From assembly GCF_000017805.1 (NCBI RefSeq), contig NC_009767.1, positions 5,444,368 to 5,476,367 on the forward strand: a DNA stretch of 32,000 nt, read 5' to 3'. A model generated the notes under the pieces. The model did not search any database. It worked only from the letters and a program-made list of their open reading frames with translations, and was not told where the DNA came from. Numbering within the stretch: position 1 is the stretch's first letter; the number at the start of each line of letters is the position of its first letter. The translations under genes and the position numbers were made by a program. This document shows positions 18,607 through 27,592 of this stretch, piece by piece. The stretch is from Roseiflexus castenholzii DSM 13941 (lineage in GTDB: Bacteria > Chloroflexota > Chloroflexia > Chloroflexales > Roseiflexaceae).

Positions 18607-19245
18607 ATGTCTCACGATATTTTTTATCGGCGCAATTTGCCGCACATTCATCCCAAAGGTCACGCTTTTTTCGTCACCTTTTCGCTATTGCACGCCATTC
18701 CGTATGACGTCCTGGAACAACTCAAAGCGGAAAGGCAAAATGAACTTCGTCAGGTAGATTTGGCGCAACGCTACAGCATCCAGAAAAAGCATTTTGGGAA
18801 ATATGATGAGTGGCTCGACCGCTGTGAAAACAGCCCGCGCTGGCTGGAAGAACCCGAAATTGCCGCCATTGTTGCCAGCGAAATCGAGCGCATGAATGGG
18901 GAACGCTATACATTGATTGCCTACTGCATCATGCCCAATCATGTACATTTACTTTTGGAAGGACTGCTTGCAGCCGATGCGCGCCATCGCGGACAGTCGG
19001 CAAAATATCCGCTCACCGACACGCTGCGCTTACTCAAAGGTCGCACCGCTCGCGCGTGCAACCTTGCGCTGAAGCGGGAAGGGCAGTTTTGGCAGCATGA
19101 GAGTTATGACCATTTTGTACGGGACGATAATGAACTTGGGCGTATCATTGCTTATATCTTGAACAATCCAGTGAAGGCAGGGCTTGTAAAGGAATGGAGC
19201 GAGTGGAAGTTTTTCTATATCAATCCTGAGTGGGGAGAGTGGTAA
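18607..19245 (+). CDS. REP-associated tyrosine transposase (RAYT; IS200/IS605-type Y1 HUH enzyme)
   Basis: 212 aa. N-terminal YRRNLPHIHPKGHAFFVTFSL, HUH motif YCIMPNHVHLLL, catalytic-Tyr region FWQHESYDHFVRD. There is no tnpB and no IS ends. Both flanks are arrays of GTAG-prefixed palindromes. Confidence 0.85.
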   Translation: MSHDIFYRRNLPHIHPKGHAFFVTFSLLHAIPYDVLEQLKAERQNELRQVDLAQRYSIQKKHFGKYDEWLDRCENSPRWLEEPEIAAIVASEIERMNGERYTLIAYCIMPNHVHLLLEGLLAADARHRGQSAKYPLTDTLRLLKGRTARACNLALKREGQFWQHESYDHFVRDDNELGRIIAYILNNPVKAGLVKEWSEWKFFYINPEWGEW

Positions 19246-19251
19246 ATCTAA

Positions 19252-19765
19252 AAGTAGCGCGAGATTCTCGCCCTGAGCCTGCCGAAGGGTATCTCGCGTT
19301 TAGGCGACATCAATCCCCATTCGGGGACAACGTGTCGCAGTACGGCGTAGCGCGAGATTCATCTCGCGGTTTTAGGACGACATAAATGTCGCAGTACAGG
19401 CGGTGGCGCGAGATTCTCGCCCTGAGCCTGCCAAAGGGTATCTCGCGTTTAGGGCGACATAAATGTCGCAGTACGGCGTAGCGCGAGATTTATCTCGCGG
19501 TTTTAGGACGACATAAATGTCGCAGTACAGGCGGTGGCGCGAGATTCTCGCCCTGAGCCTGCCAAAGGGTATCTCGCGTTTAGGGCGACATAAATGTCGC
19601 AGTACGGCGTAGCGCGAGATTTATCTCGCGTTTAGGGCGACATAAATGTCGCAGTACGGTCGTACCGCGAGATTCTCGCCCTGTACCGCGACATTCATGT
19701 CGCAACACGGCGTGGCGCGAGATTTATCTCGCGGTTTCAGGCGATATCAATCCCAATTCTCAATC
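19252..19765 (+). repeat. REP-like array downstream of the RAYT gene (mixed hairpin classes)
   Basis: Alternating modules: GTAGCGCGAGAT-(TT/TC)-ATCTCGCG; the long form GCGAGATTCTCGCCCTGAGCCTGCC(A/G)AAGGGTATCTCGCG; and GCGACAT-AA-ATGTCGC. About 10 hairpins, with GTAG on the + strand. Confidence 0.9.
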
Positions 19766-19876
19766 CCCATTCGACGACGATGTCTCGCGCTGCGAATTTG
19801 CACATCTTTCGGCATACTACCTGACCCGTTTCATGTAATTGGTTCTGCAAGTACAATCGGCGCAGGAGTACACCCT

Positions 19877-20389
19877 ATGACCATTCTTATCCGCCCCGAA
19901 AGCCCCGCAGACCTCCCCGCCATTTTTCATGCCAATCAACTGGCGTTTGGGCGCGACAATGAAGCCCGCCTGGTGAACAAACTGCGCGACGCCAACGCAG
20001 TCGTTCTCTCGCTGGTCGCCGAACAGGATGGGCGCGTCGTCGGACACATCCTGTTCTCGCCTGTCACCATCCGCGATGGCGGGACGGAATGGCAGGCAGT
20101 CGGGCTGGGACCGATGGCGGTCTTGCCAGAAGTTCAGAAACAGGGCGTCGGCTCCGCCTTAATCCGCGCCGCGCTGGCAGAACTGAAAACGCTGGGGCAT
20201 GACGTCGTCATCGTGCTGGGACACGCTGAATACTATCCGCGCTTTGGATTCCAGCCCACGCAGCCGTTTGGAATCCGCTGGGAAATTGACGTGCCGGCCG
20301 AAGTCTTCATGCTGGCGGAACTCACCCCCGGCGCCCTGCGCGGCAGGCGCGGCGTTGTGCGCTATCACCCTGCCTTTGCAGGAGTCTAA
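19877..20389 (+). CDS. GNAT-family N-acetyltransferase
   Basis: 170 aa from ATG 19877. Acetyl-CoA motif VLPEVQKQGVGSALIRAAL. The upstream part of the track ORF (from 19646) just reads through the repeat array. Confidence 0.85.
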   Translation: MTILIRPESPADLPAIFHANQLAFGRDNEARLVNKLRDANAVVLSLVAEQDGRVVGHILFSPVTIRDGGTEWQAVGLGPMAVLPEVQKQGVGSALIRAALAELKTLGHDVVIVLGHAEYYPRFGFQPTQPFGIRWEIDVPAEVFMLAELTPGALRGRRGVVRYHPAFAGV

Positions 20390-20428
20390 AACCCATGAAC
20401 CTGTGTTTCCTAAAGCGACCCCGTTTTT

Positions 20429-21190
20429 TTATTCGCTGGCTTCTTCTTTGTACCCGCGCAGCAGGTAGATTCCATACACCATCAGCAGCGTGACCTGCAC
20501 CACATCCAGCGGGATGGCGGGGAAGTTAGTGTACTTCAACGCCAGGTCGTGCAGGGCGTGAAGTACAACGGGGAACCAGATGGTGTTCGCGCGTAGGCGG
20601 ATGGCGCTGAGACCAATTCCATGCACGAAAGCGCCGAGCATTTGGGCAAAGACGATGAAGGGATTGCGATAGAGCAGGTTGCCGATGTGCATGAGACCAA
20701 AGAGCAGAGACGAGATGACCACGCTGCGGGTCGTGCCTGTAGGCTTGAGCACGCGCAGAACGATGCCGCGCATGAGACCTTCTTCCATGAAGCCCGTCAG
20801 GGCGTAGGCAACTGCAAGATAGACGAAAGTCCCCGCGTCGCCGGTTTTGATGCCCATCAGAAAGGGCAGCCCCAGCACGATGAGAAAGGGAATGACCATC
20901 AGGCGCGAATCACGCCATTCAGCGGGGAAGTTGAAGCCTGCCGCCTTCCACCAGCCCAGCGCAGAAAGCCCAGCCGCCACCAGAACCGAAAGCGCAATCA
21001 GGGCGATGAATTCGGGCTGAAATTGCGGCAAGAGCTCCTGCGCAGCGAGACCAAACAGGGTGGAAAGAACGACAAACGCCACAAACAAAATCACCGCCGA
21101 AAGAACGGGGCGGCTTTCAAAAAACGATAGGATGGCGGCGCGCGCGCCCTGGCTGGACGATGGTACAGAAACGCGAACCTGGTTTTGCAT
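20429..21190 (-). CDS. CPBP-family intramembrane metalloprotease (CAAX protease-like)
   Basis: Polytopic membrane protein with the three CPBP motifs EEGLMRG, FGLMH and HALHD. Confidence 0.85.
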   Translation of the reverse strand: MQNQVRVSVPSSSQGARAAILSFFESRPVLSAVILFVAFVVLSTLFGLAAQELLPQFQPEFIALIALSVLVAAGLSALGWWKAAGFNFPAEWRDSRLMVIPFLIVLGLPFLMGIKTGDAGTFVYLAVAYALTGFMEEGLMRGIVLRVLKPTGTTRSVVISSLLFGLMHIGNLLYRNPFIVFAQMLGAFVHGIGLSAIRLRANTIWFPVVLHALHDLALKYTNFPAIPLDVVQVTLLMVYGIYLLRGYKEEASE

Positions 21191-21309
21191 GGAGACCTCC
21201 GATAAGCATTTGAAATCGTGAGGTCATTCTAGCAAGCGCCGGGGTTTTAAGCGTCGGTCTTAAGGCGGAGAGGATAGCCCTGCCTTGGGCTGAGCGCGCC
21301 CCGCAGGGT

Positions 21310-23358
21310 TCAACCGTTCGGAACGGTGACCGTGATCACCGTCCCCGCGCCGGGCCGGCTTTCGATGTGGAAAGCGCCGCCGATGTGCGCGGCGCGCTCA
21401 GGCATGGATTTGAGTCCCAGATGACCAGGGTATGGCTGCGCGGGGTCGAAGCCTTTGCCGTTATCGCGGATTTCCAGCGTCAGCGCCCCGTCTGCGTTCA
21501 GCAGCGAGAGTTCCACCCGCGTGGCGTGGGCGTGCCTGGCGACGTTGTGCATGGCTTCCTGCGCGATGCGGTAAAGGGCTTCCTTCGCTTCGAGCGAAAT
21601 CTCAGGTTCGGGGTCGAAGCGCGTGACCACGTCCAGTTTGTGGCGGGCGCGCAGGGCGTCCGATTGTTTCGTCAGCGCGGCGACCAGCCCTTCGGTCTGG
21701 AGCGATTCGGGGCGCAGTTCAAAGATAAGGGCGCGCATTTCGGAGAGTCCCGCTTCGGCGAGCGAGAGAATGTACTCAAGCGGCTCGCCCAGTCTGGCGG
21801 GGTCGCGCTCCAGTTGCGTCTGCGCGGTGCGCGCGCCGAGCGCAATCCCATATAAAGCCTGCGAGACGGAATCGTGCAGTTCGCGCGCCAGCCGCTGACG
21901 TTCTTCCAGCGCCGCCATTTTGACCTGCGTCTCTTTGAGTTGCAGTTCGGCGCTGGTTTGGGCGAGTTCGCGCGTGCGGCGGTTGAGTTCATCGGTCATC
22001 TGGTTGAACGAAGCCGCCAGTTCGCCGAGTTCGTCATTTGACGTTACAGGCACCGAGACGTCCAGGTTGCCCGCCGTGATGGCGCGCACGCCGCTCAGCA
22101 TGTCTGTCATGGGACGCGCCAGAAAGCGCTGACTGAGCCAGAGCGTGACCGCCGCCGCACCGATGAAAAAGAGCGCCATGATGAGCAGGGTGTTGCGCAC
22201 GGTGGCGATGGCGTCGGCTTCGATGGCGCGCGCCACGCTTTGCGATTCGGCGGTGACTTCGGCGAGTGGAACGACGATGGACAGAGTCCAGCCCAGGTTT
22301 GGGAGCGAAGCGCGCGTGACGATGACAGGCTGCCCGTTGAGAGAGATTTCCAGCGCATCGGGCGGCTGCGCCGCTTGCAGCGCCAAAGCCAATTCTGTGT
22401 TCAGCTCGGTCAGCGCCGCGCCGAGCAGACCGTTGGCTGCCTGCTCCTGCGCGCTGAGCGGACGATTGGCAAGCGCGGCGGCGCGCCCGTCTGGGACGGC
22501 AATCAGCCGCCCTTCCGAATCCAAAAGAAAGGCGAAACTGCCTGGCGTGGGTTTGAGTTGACTCAGCCGTTCGATGAGGCGGGTGAGCGAAACGTCAATG
22601 CCGATGAAGCCCTGAAACTCGTCGCCGTAGTAGATGGGCGTATCAGCGCTGACCAGCAAGCCCTGACCCGCGTCGTCGAGATAAGGCGGCAGCCAGACGG
22701 TTTTGCGCTGCGGGTTGTTGTTGGGCGCGACGAGAAAATCTTCAATGCGCGCGGTTTGCGCCGCTTCCGCCGCGCCATTTTGCAGTTCCAATTCGGGCAG
22801 CCCGCGCACCGGGTAGTAGCGGAAGGTCAGTTGCGGTCCCTGAAAATAGATGCCCACGCCCGTCTCGGTTTGCGCCAACAGAGAGGGGAACAGGTCTTCC
22901 AGAATCGCCGAGTCGCGCAGGCTGCGGTCGGTGACTTCATCGGGCGGGATGCTGCCGATGTGCAGAATTTCGGTGCGGCGCTTGGGGTTGGCGTCGTAGT
23001 AGAGCAGACCGTTGTCGCTCAGGGTCAGTTGCGCGGCTTGATACACCACGTTGGGCGCGGCAGAAGCATCCGGCGTTTTGCCCGAAGCGCGCGCCTGCGC
23101 CATGAAATCGGCGGCGATTTTGGTGGCGCGCGCGGCTTGCTGCAATTCCAGGTCGTAGAGTTGGGCTTCCTGCGCAGTGAGTTGAATCAGCGTGTTGCGG
23201 CTTTGCGTTTGCAAACTGTCGGCGCTGCGCTGCGCGGCGGCTTGCTCCGCCTGATGAAAGCCGCGCCAGACCAGCGCGCCGGTGACGAGCGCCAGCAGCA
23301 AGACAAATGCCATTACTCCCGCAGCGATTTTGGCGCTGATGCGGTTGAACCTGACCAT
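21310..23358 (-). CDS. Sensor histidine kinase (periplasmic sensor domain, HAMP, HisKA_3, HATPase_c)
   Basis: TM helix (IAAGVMAFVLLLALVTGALVW) followed by a ~330-aa extracytoplasmic region, possibly Cache-like. HAMP (VRAITAGNLDVSVPVTSNDELGELAASFNQM), H-box ERQRLARELHDSVSQ, N/G boxes (AQEAMHNVARHA; IRDNGKGF; GLKSMPERA). ATG 23358 (MVRFNRIS) sits a few nt downstream of the RR stop codon. Confidence 0.9.
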   Translation of the reverse strand: MVRFNRISAKIAAGVMAFVLLLALVTGALVWRGFHQAEQAAAQRSADSLQTQSRNTLIQLTAQEAQLYDLELQQAARATKIAADFMAQARASGKTPDASAAPNVVYQAAQLTLSDNGLLYYDANPKRRTEILHIGSIPPDEVTDRSLRDSAILEDLFPSLLAQTETGVGIYFQGPQLTFRYYPVRGLPELELQNGAAEAAQTARIEDFLVAPNNNPQRKTVWLPPYLDDAGQGLLVSADTPIYYGDEFQGFIGIDVSLTRLIERLSQLKPTPGSFAFLLDSEGRLIAVPDGRAAALANRPLSAQEQAANGLLGAALTELNTELALALQAAQPPDALEISLNGQPVIVTRASLPNLGWTLSIVVPLAEVTAESQSVARAIEADAIATVRNTLLIMALFFIGAAAVTLWLSQRFLARPMTDMLSGVRAITAGNLDVSVPVTSNDELGELAASFNQMTDELNRRTRELAQTSAELQLKETQVKMAALEERQRLARELHDSVSQALYGIALGARTAQTQLERDPARLGEPLEYILSLAEAGLSEMRALIFELRPESLQTEGLVAALTKQSDALRARHKLDVVTRFDPEPEISLEAKEALYRIAQEAMHNVARHAHATRVELSLLNADGALTLEIRDNGKGFDPAQPYPGHLGLKSMPERAAHIGGAFHIESRPGAGTVITVTVPNG

Positions 23359-23362
23359 GAAC

Positions 23363-24004
23363 CTATGTCTCCCCTTCGATAGACACCAGCCCAATCCGCA
23401 CAGCATATAAGGCGGCTTGCGTGCGGCTCGGCACATCCAATTTGCGCAAAATGGCGCTAACGTGCGTCTTGACGGTCTTCTCGCCGATGTTGAGTTCGCG
23501 CGCAATCTCCTTGTTGGCGCGACCCAATGCCAGCAGACGCAACACATCGGTTTCGCGCTCGGTCAGTTTTTCGGGGCTTTCGGGGGCGCGCACGTCGCGC
23601 ATCAGCCGCGCGGCGGCTCGCGGCGAGAGTTGCACCTGCCCCGCTGCGGCGGCTTTAATGGCGCGGCGCAATTCTTCCGCCTGCGTATCTTTGAGCAAAT
23701 AGCCCATCGCTCCCGCGCGCATGGCTTTCATCACGGCTTCGTCTTCCAGCACGCTGGTCAGGGCGATAACTTCGGTATCAGGAAAATCGCGGCGGATGCG
23801 CGCAATGGCAGTCACGCCATCCATGACTGGCATGAGCAAATCCATCAAGACGACGTCGGGATTCAACTCCCCCGTCAGGCGGATGGCTTCTTCCCCGTTC
23901 TCCGCTTCGCCCACGACCTGAAGGTCTGGGTCGAGACCGAGAAACATCTTCAACCCCTGACGGACCACCGCGTGGTCATCTACGAGCAGAATACGAATGG
24001 ACAT
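23363..24004 (-). CDS. NarL/FixJ-family response regulator (REC + LuxR HTH)
   Basis: MSIRILLVDDHAVVRQGL...DVVLMDLLMPVMDG receiver domain and C-terminal LTERETDVLRLLALGRANKEIARELNIGEKTVKTHVSAILRKL. The track extension to 24232 reads through the repeat array. Confidence 0.92.
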   Translation of the reverse strand: MSIRILLVDDHAVVRQGLKMFLGLDPDLQVVGEAENGEEAIRLTGELNPDVVLMDLLMPVMDGVTAIARIRRDFPDTEVIALTSVLEDEAVMKAMRAGAMGYLLKDTQAEELRRAIKAAAAGQVQLSPRAAARLMRDVRAPESPEKLTERETDVLRLLALGRANKEIARELNIGEKTVKTHVSAILRKLDVPSRTQAALYAVRIGLVSIEGET

Positions 24005-24029
24005 ACGAAACGCTCCTTGCGCCCTCACT

Positions 24030-25380
24030 GAGCTTTCGTACCGCTTTCGTACCGCTTTCGTACCGCGACATTTATGTCGCGCCCCATATTGGAGTGCTCT
24101 CGTACCGCGACATTTATGTCGCACCCCATATTGGAGTGCTCTCGTACCGCGACATTTATGTCGCACCCCATATTGGGGTGCTCTCGTACCGCGACATTTA
24201 TGTCGCACCCCATACCTGACGGGTATACACAAATGCGAGATACCCTTTGGCAGGCTCAGGGCAAGAATCTCGCGCTACGCCATTGTCGGATTAACTTGTC
24301 GCACCCCATACCTGGCGGGTATGCTTTCGTACCGCGACATTTATGTCGCACCTCATATTGGGAGAATGCGAGATACCCTTCGGCAGGCTCAGGGCAAGAA
24401 TCTCGCACCACGCCATTGTCGGATTAATTTGTCGCGCCCCATATTGGAGTGCTTTCGTACCACACTTTCGTACCGCGACATTTATGTCGCACTCCATATT
24501 GGAGTGCTTTCGTACCACACTTTCGTACCGCGACATTTATGTCGCGCCCCATATTGGAGTGCTTTCGTACCACACTTTCGTACCGCGACATTTATGTCGC
24601 ACCCCATACCTGACGGGTACACACAAATGCGAGATACCCTTCGGCAGGCTCAGGGCAAGAATCTCGCGCTACGCCATTGTCGGATTAATTTGTCAATCTG
24701 CAACATGTCGCGCCTCATATTTTGGATGCCTGCGCCGAAGGCGAGATAAATCTCGCGCTACGCCATGCGCTACGCCATTGTCGGATTAATTTGTCAATCT
24801 GCAACATGTCGCGCCTCATATTTTGGATGCCTGCGCCGAAGGCGAGATAAATCTCGCGCTACGCCATGCGCTACGCCATTGTCGGATTAATTTGTCAATC
24901 TGCAATATGTCGCGCCCCATATTGGGGTGCTTTCACACTTTCGTACCGCGACATTTATGTCGCGCCCCATATTGGGCGAATGCGAGACACCCTTCGGCAG
25001 GCTCAGGGCAAGAATCTCGCGCTACGCCATTGTCGGATTAATTTGTCAATCTGCAACATGTCGCGCCTCATATTTTGGATGCCTGCGCCGAAGGCGAGAT
25101 AAATCTCGCGCTACGCCATGCGCTACGCCATTGTCGGATTAATTTGTCAATCTGCAACATGTCGCGCCTCATATTTTGGATGCCTGCGCCGAAGGCGAGA
25201 TAAATCTCGCGCTACGCCATGCGCTACGCCATTGTCGGATTAATTTGTCAATCTGCAATATGTCGCGCCCCATATTGGAGTGCTTTCACACTTTCGTACC
25301 GCGACATTTATGTCGCGCCCCATATTGGGCGAATGCGAGACACCCTTCGGCAGGCTCAGGGCGAGAATCTCGCGGTACGA
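24030..25380 (-). repeat. 1.35 kb REP-like array, inverted relative to the other arrays
   Basis: Contains the reverse complements of the modules seen at 7098-9135 and 19252-19765. CGCGACATTTATGTCGC about 10x; GCGAGATAAATCTCGCGCTACGCC 4x; GCGAGA(T/C)ACCCTT.GGCAGGCTCAGGGC.AGAATCTCGC 5x. Higher-order ~101-bp units (AATCTGCAACATGTCGCGCCTCATATTTTGGATGCCTGCGCCGAAGGCGAGATAAATCTCGCGCTACGCCATGCGCTACGCCATTGTCGGATTAATTTGTC) occur 4x. Confidence 0.93.
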
Positions 25381-25499
25381 ATAGGGAAATATGCCCCATT
25401 ATAGTTTGCAATCGCCTTTCTCAAGTCAGACTTAAGACGGAGACGGAACCACAACCTTTTGCCGATGCGCCCAGCGCGCCGCCCGCCTATACTGGCGGC

Positions 25500-25880
25500 A
25501 TGATAACCATCCTGCTGGTTGACGACGACCCTAACATCCGCCGCGGGCTGAGAATGAATCTCGCGCTCGAACCCGATTTCGCCGTCGTGGGCGAAGCGGG
25601 TGATGGCTGGGACGCCCTGCGGCTGGCGCGCGAACTCCAGCCCGACGCGGTGGTGATGGATATCCGCCTGCCTTCGCTCGACGGCTTGAGCGCGGCGGAG
25701 CGCTTGCGGCAATCACAACTGCGCTGCGCCGTCATCATCCTGACATTGTACGATGAGCCGTCCAACCGCGCCCGCGCCCGACAGATTGGCGTGGCGGCGT
25801 TTCTTTCCAAGAGCGCATCGGCGGATGCGTTGAAACAGACCCTCCGCAACATCACTTTCGACAAAGGAGCGCAAACATGA
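25500..25880 (+). CDS. Receiver-only (CheY-like) response regulator
   Basis: MITILLVDDDPNIRRGL...DAVVMDIRLPSLDG...FLSK receiver motifs. 126 aa with no output domain. Confidence 0.85.
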   Translation: MITILLVDDDPNIRRGLRMNLALEPDFAVVGEAGDGWDALRLARELQPDAVVMDIRLPSLDGLSAAERLRQSQLRCAVIILTLYDEPSNRARARQIGVAAFLSKSASADALKQTLRNITFDKGAQT

Positions 25881-26173
25881 ACACCAAACGGACAAAATCG
25901 GGCATTGCAGGCGGCATCTTCTTGATTGGGCTGGGCATTCTGATTGTGACCGGCGGCTGGTATCCAGGCGTGCTGTTCGTTCTGGGGCTGGCAATCGGCG
26001 CCGACCGCGCCTTTCGCGGCAATTATGGGCAGGCGGTCACTGCCCTGGCGGTTTGTTTTGCCATCGGCTTACTTTCGGCAGTGGACCTGCCCTGGCATAT
26101 CTTCGGTCCCTTCATTTTGATTTCGCTGGGCGCGGTGGCGGTGACGCAGGGCGTCCTTTCCAAAGAAGGTTGA
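25877..26173 (+). CDS. Small membrane protein (hypothetical)
   Basis: 98 aa with 3-4 hydrophobic segments. ATGA overlap with the receiver gene stop. Confidence 0.6.
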   Translation: MNTKRTKSGIAGGIFLIGLGILIVTGGWYPGVLFVLGLAIGADRAFRGNYGQAVTALAVCFAIGLLSAVDLPWHIFGPFILISLGAVAVTQGVLSKEG

Positions 26174-26179
26174 GCCGCC

Positions 26180-26788
26180 ATGAGTGAACAGACTCGTCCT
26201 TATTGTGAAACCGCGCTGGGGTTGGAACGCATCGTCTTCTTCAGCGACGCGGTCTTTGCCATTGCCATCACCCTGCTGGCGCTGGAAATCCGCCTGCCCG
26301 AAGCGGCAGGGCTGAACGACGCTGAACTGTGGCGGGCATTGGCTTCCATCTATCCCAAATATCTCAGTTTCATGGTCAGTTTTCTGGTCATCGGCAACTT
26401 CTGGCTGGTTCATCATCGTCAATTTGGCTACATCGAGCGCTACGATACCCGTCTGATATTGCTCAACCTGTTCGTACTGATGATGATTGCCTTCATCCCC
26501 TTCCCGACGGTGGTCATCAGCGAAAACGGCAACCGCGCTGCTACCATCTTTTACGCGCTGACGATGTGTGCGACGGGCTTGCTCCTCGCCTTGCTCTGGC
26601 TCTACGCCTCCGGCACGCGCCGTCTCGTCGCCCCCAACCTGCCGCCTGCCATCGTCCGCCGCGGCATAATTCGCAACCTGAGCGTTTCCGCCGTTTTTCT
26701 GCTTTCGGTTGCGCTGGCATTCCTCAACCCTGACCTTGCCAAGTTTTCGTGGCTGTTGATTGCGCCTGCCGTTGTGTTGGCGAGGTGA
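26180..26788 (+). CDS. TMEM175/DUF1211-family putative potassium channel
   Basis: Signature first helix RIVFFSDAVFAIAITLLALEIRLP and six hydrophobic segments. 202 aa. Confidence 0.8.
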   Translation: MSEQTRPYCETALGLERIVFFSDAVFAIAITLLALEIRLPEAAGLNDAELWRALASIYPKYLSFMVSFLVIGNFWLVHHRQFGYIERYDTRLILLNLFVLMMIAFIPFPTVVISENGNRAATIFYALTMCATGLLLALLWLYASGTRRLVAPNLPPAIVRRGIIRNLSVSAVFLLSVALAFLNPDLAKFSWLLIAPAVVLAR

Positions 26789-26971
26789 TGATGATCACCC
26801 TTATCCGCTGCTTGCCCTGCCCACTGCTGCGTCTGTGTCACTCGCCGCAATTGTTTGCCGCCGATTGTCGCCGCTTGCCCTGATAACCCTCTCCGACTCA
26901 AGCCCACCAGAGAAGAGAAGACAACGACTTCTCCAAAGAAGGAATCTGATCAGGGAGCGCAACGTCGGGTC

Positions 26972-27592
26972 TCAACCGCACTCCATTTCGTGCGCATCCA
27001 AATCCGGCAGCACCTCACTCCCATTGGGAACAGCGCAGCGCAGGGCGAGCACGACCTGTGAAGTTGGCAGACGCACGATGCAGTAGATCGTTCCCTGGCA
27101 AACGAACTGCATATATTCGATAAACTTCGCAAATCCCAATCTGCCCGGTTGAAAGTCGGGAATGGCATACATGACAGCTTCTTTAATGACCGAAAGTGTT
27201 ATTCCTTTCTGAACCAAATCGACTGACGTTGTTGTATTCTGTGCGTACCAATCGAGGATCTCTCTAGTTTTGGCGACAATGTTCTCTGGTGTAGGCACGG
27301 TTACTCTCGCCACCTGTTCGGCGAGGCGAATATTGCGCGGGTCGGTGACCCCAAGTTGATCGGGCACATGCGCCGGCTGAACCTTCTCTTCCGGGTCGGT
27401 AATCCAAACGAATTCGTCACACACCGCTTGAAACGTCTTGTTGACTGCCGAACGGTAAGCGCAACCGATGACCGTCTTGCCATATTCGTGCAGCTTTTTG
27501 GCCAGAGCGGCAAATCCGCCATCACCGGATACAATCACAAACACGTCGAGACCGGGACGGATATACGCGCCAGATACCGCCCATTCACACAC
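26972..27592 (-). CDS. NYN-domain remnant (C-terminal half only) fused to an OST-HTH/LOTUS domain; possible pseudogene or frameshifted fusion
   Basis: LDVFVIVSGDGGFAALAKKLHEYGKTVIGCAYRSAVNKTFQAVCDEFVWI matches the distal part of NYN (PF01936-type) domains. ITLSVIKEAVMYAIPDFQPGRLGFAKFIEYMQF looks like OST-HTH. The frame is closed upstream by TGA TAA TGA at 27623-27631, so the catalytic N-terminal half of NYN is absent. Confidence 0.6.
   Translation of the reverse strand: MCEWAVSGAYIRPGLDVFVIVSGDGGFAALAKKLHEYGKTVIGCAYRSAVNKTFQAVCDEFVWITDPEEKVQPAHVPDQLGVTDPRNIRLAEQVARVTVPTPENIVAKTREILDWYAQNTTTSVDLVQKGITLSVIKEAVMYAIPDFQPGRLGFAKFIEYMQFVCQGTIYCIVRLPTSQVVLALRCAVPNGSEVLPDLDAHEMECG

Noticed and set aside
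17430-23382. Antisense ORFs opposite the LuxR-type gene (17430-18245) and the histidine kinase (22240-23382, 380 aa).
   Set aside because: Same reasoning: they are shadow ORFs of well-supported genes on the other strand.
23997-25404. ORFs inside the 24.0-25.4 kb array, and N-terminal extensions of the flanking regulators (track starts 24232 and 25176).
   Set aside because: These are repeat read-through. Canonical receiver-domain N-termini (MSIRILLVDD at 24004; MITILLVDDD at 25500) define the real starts.
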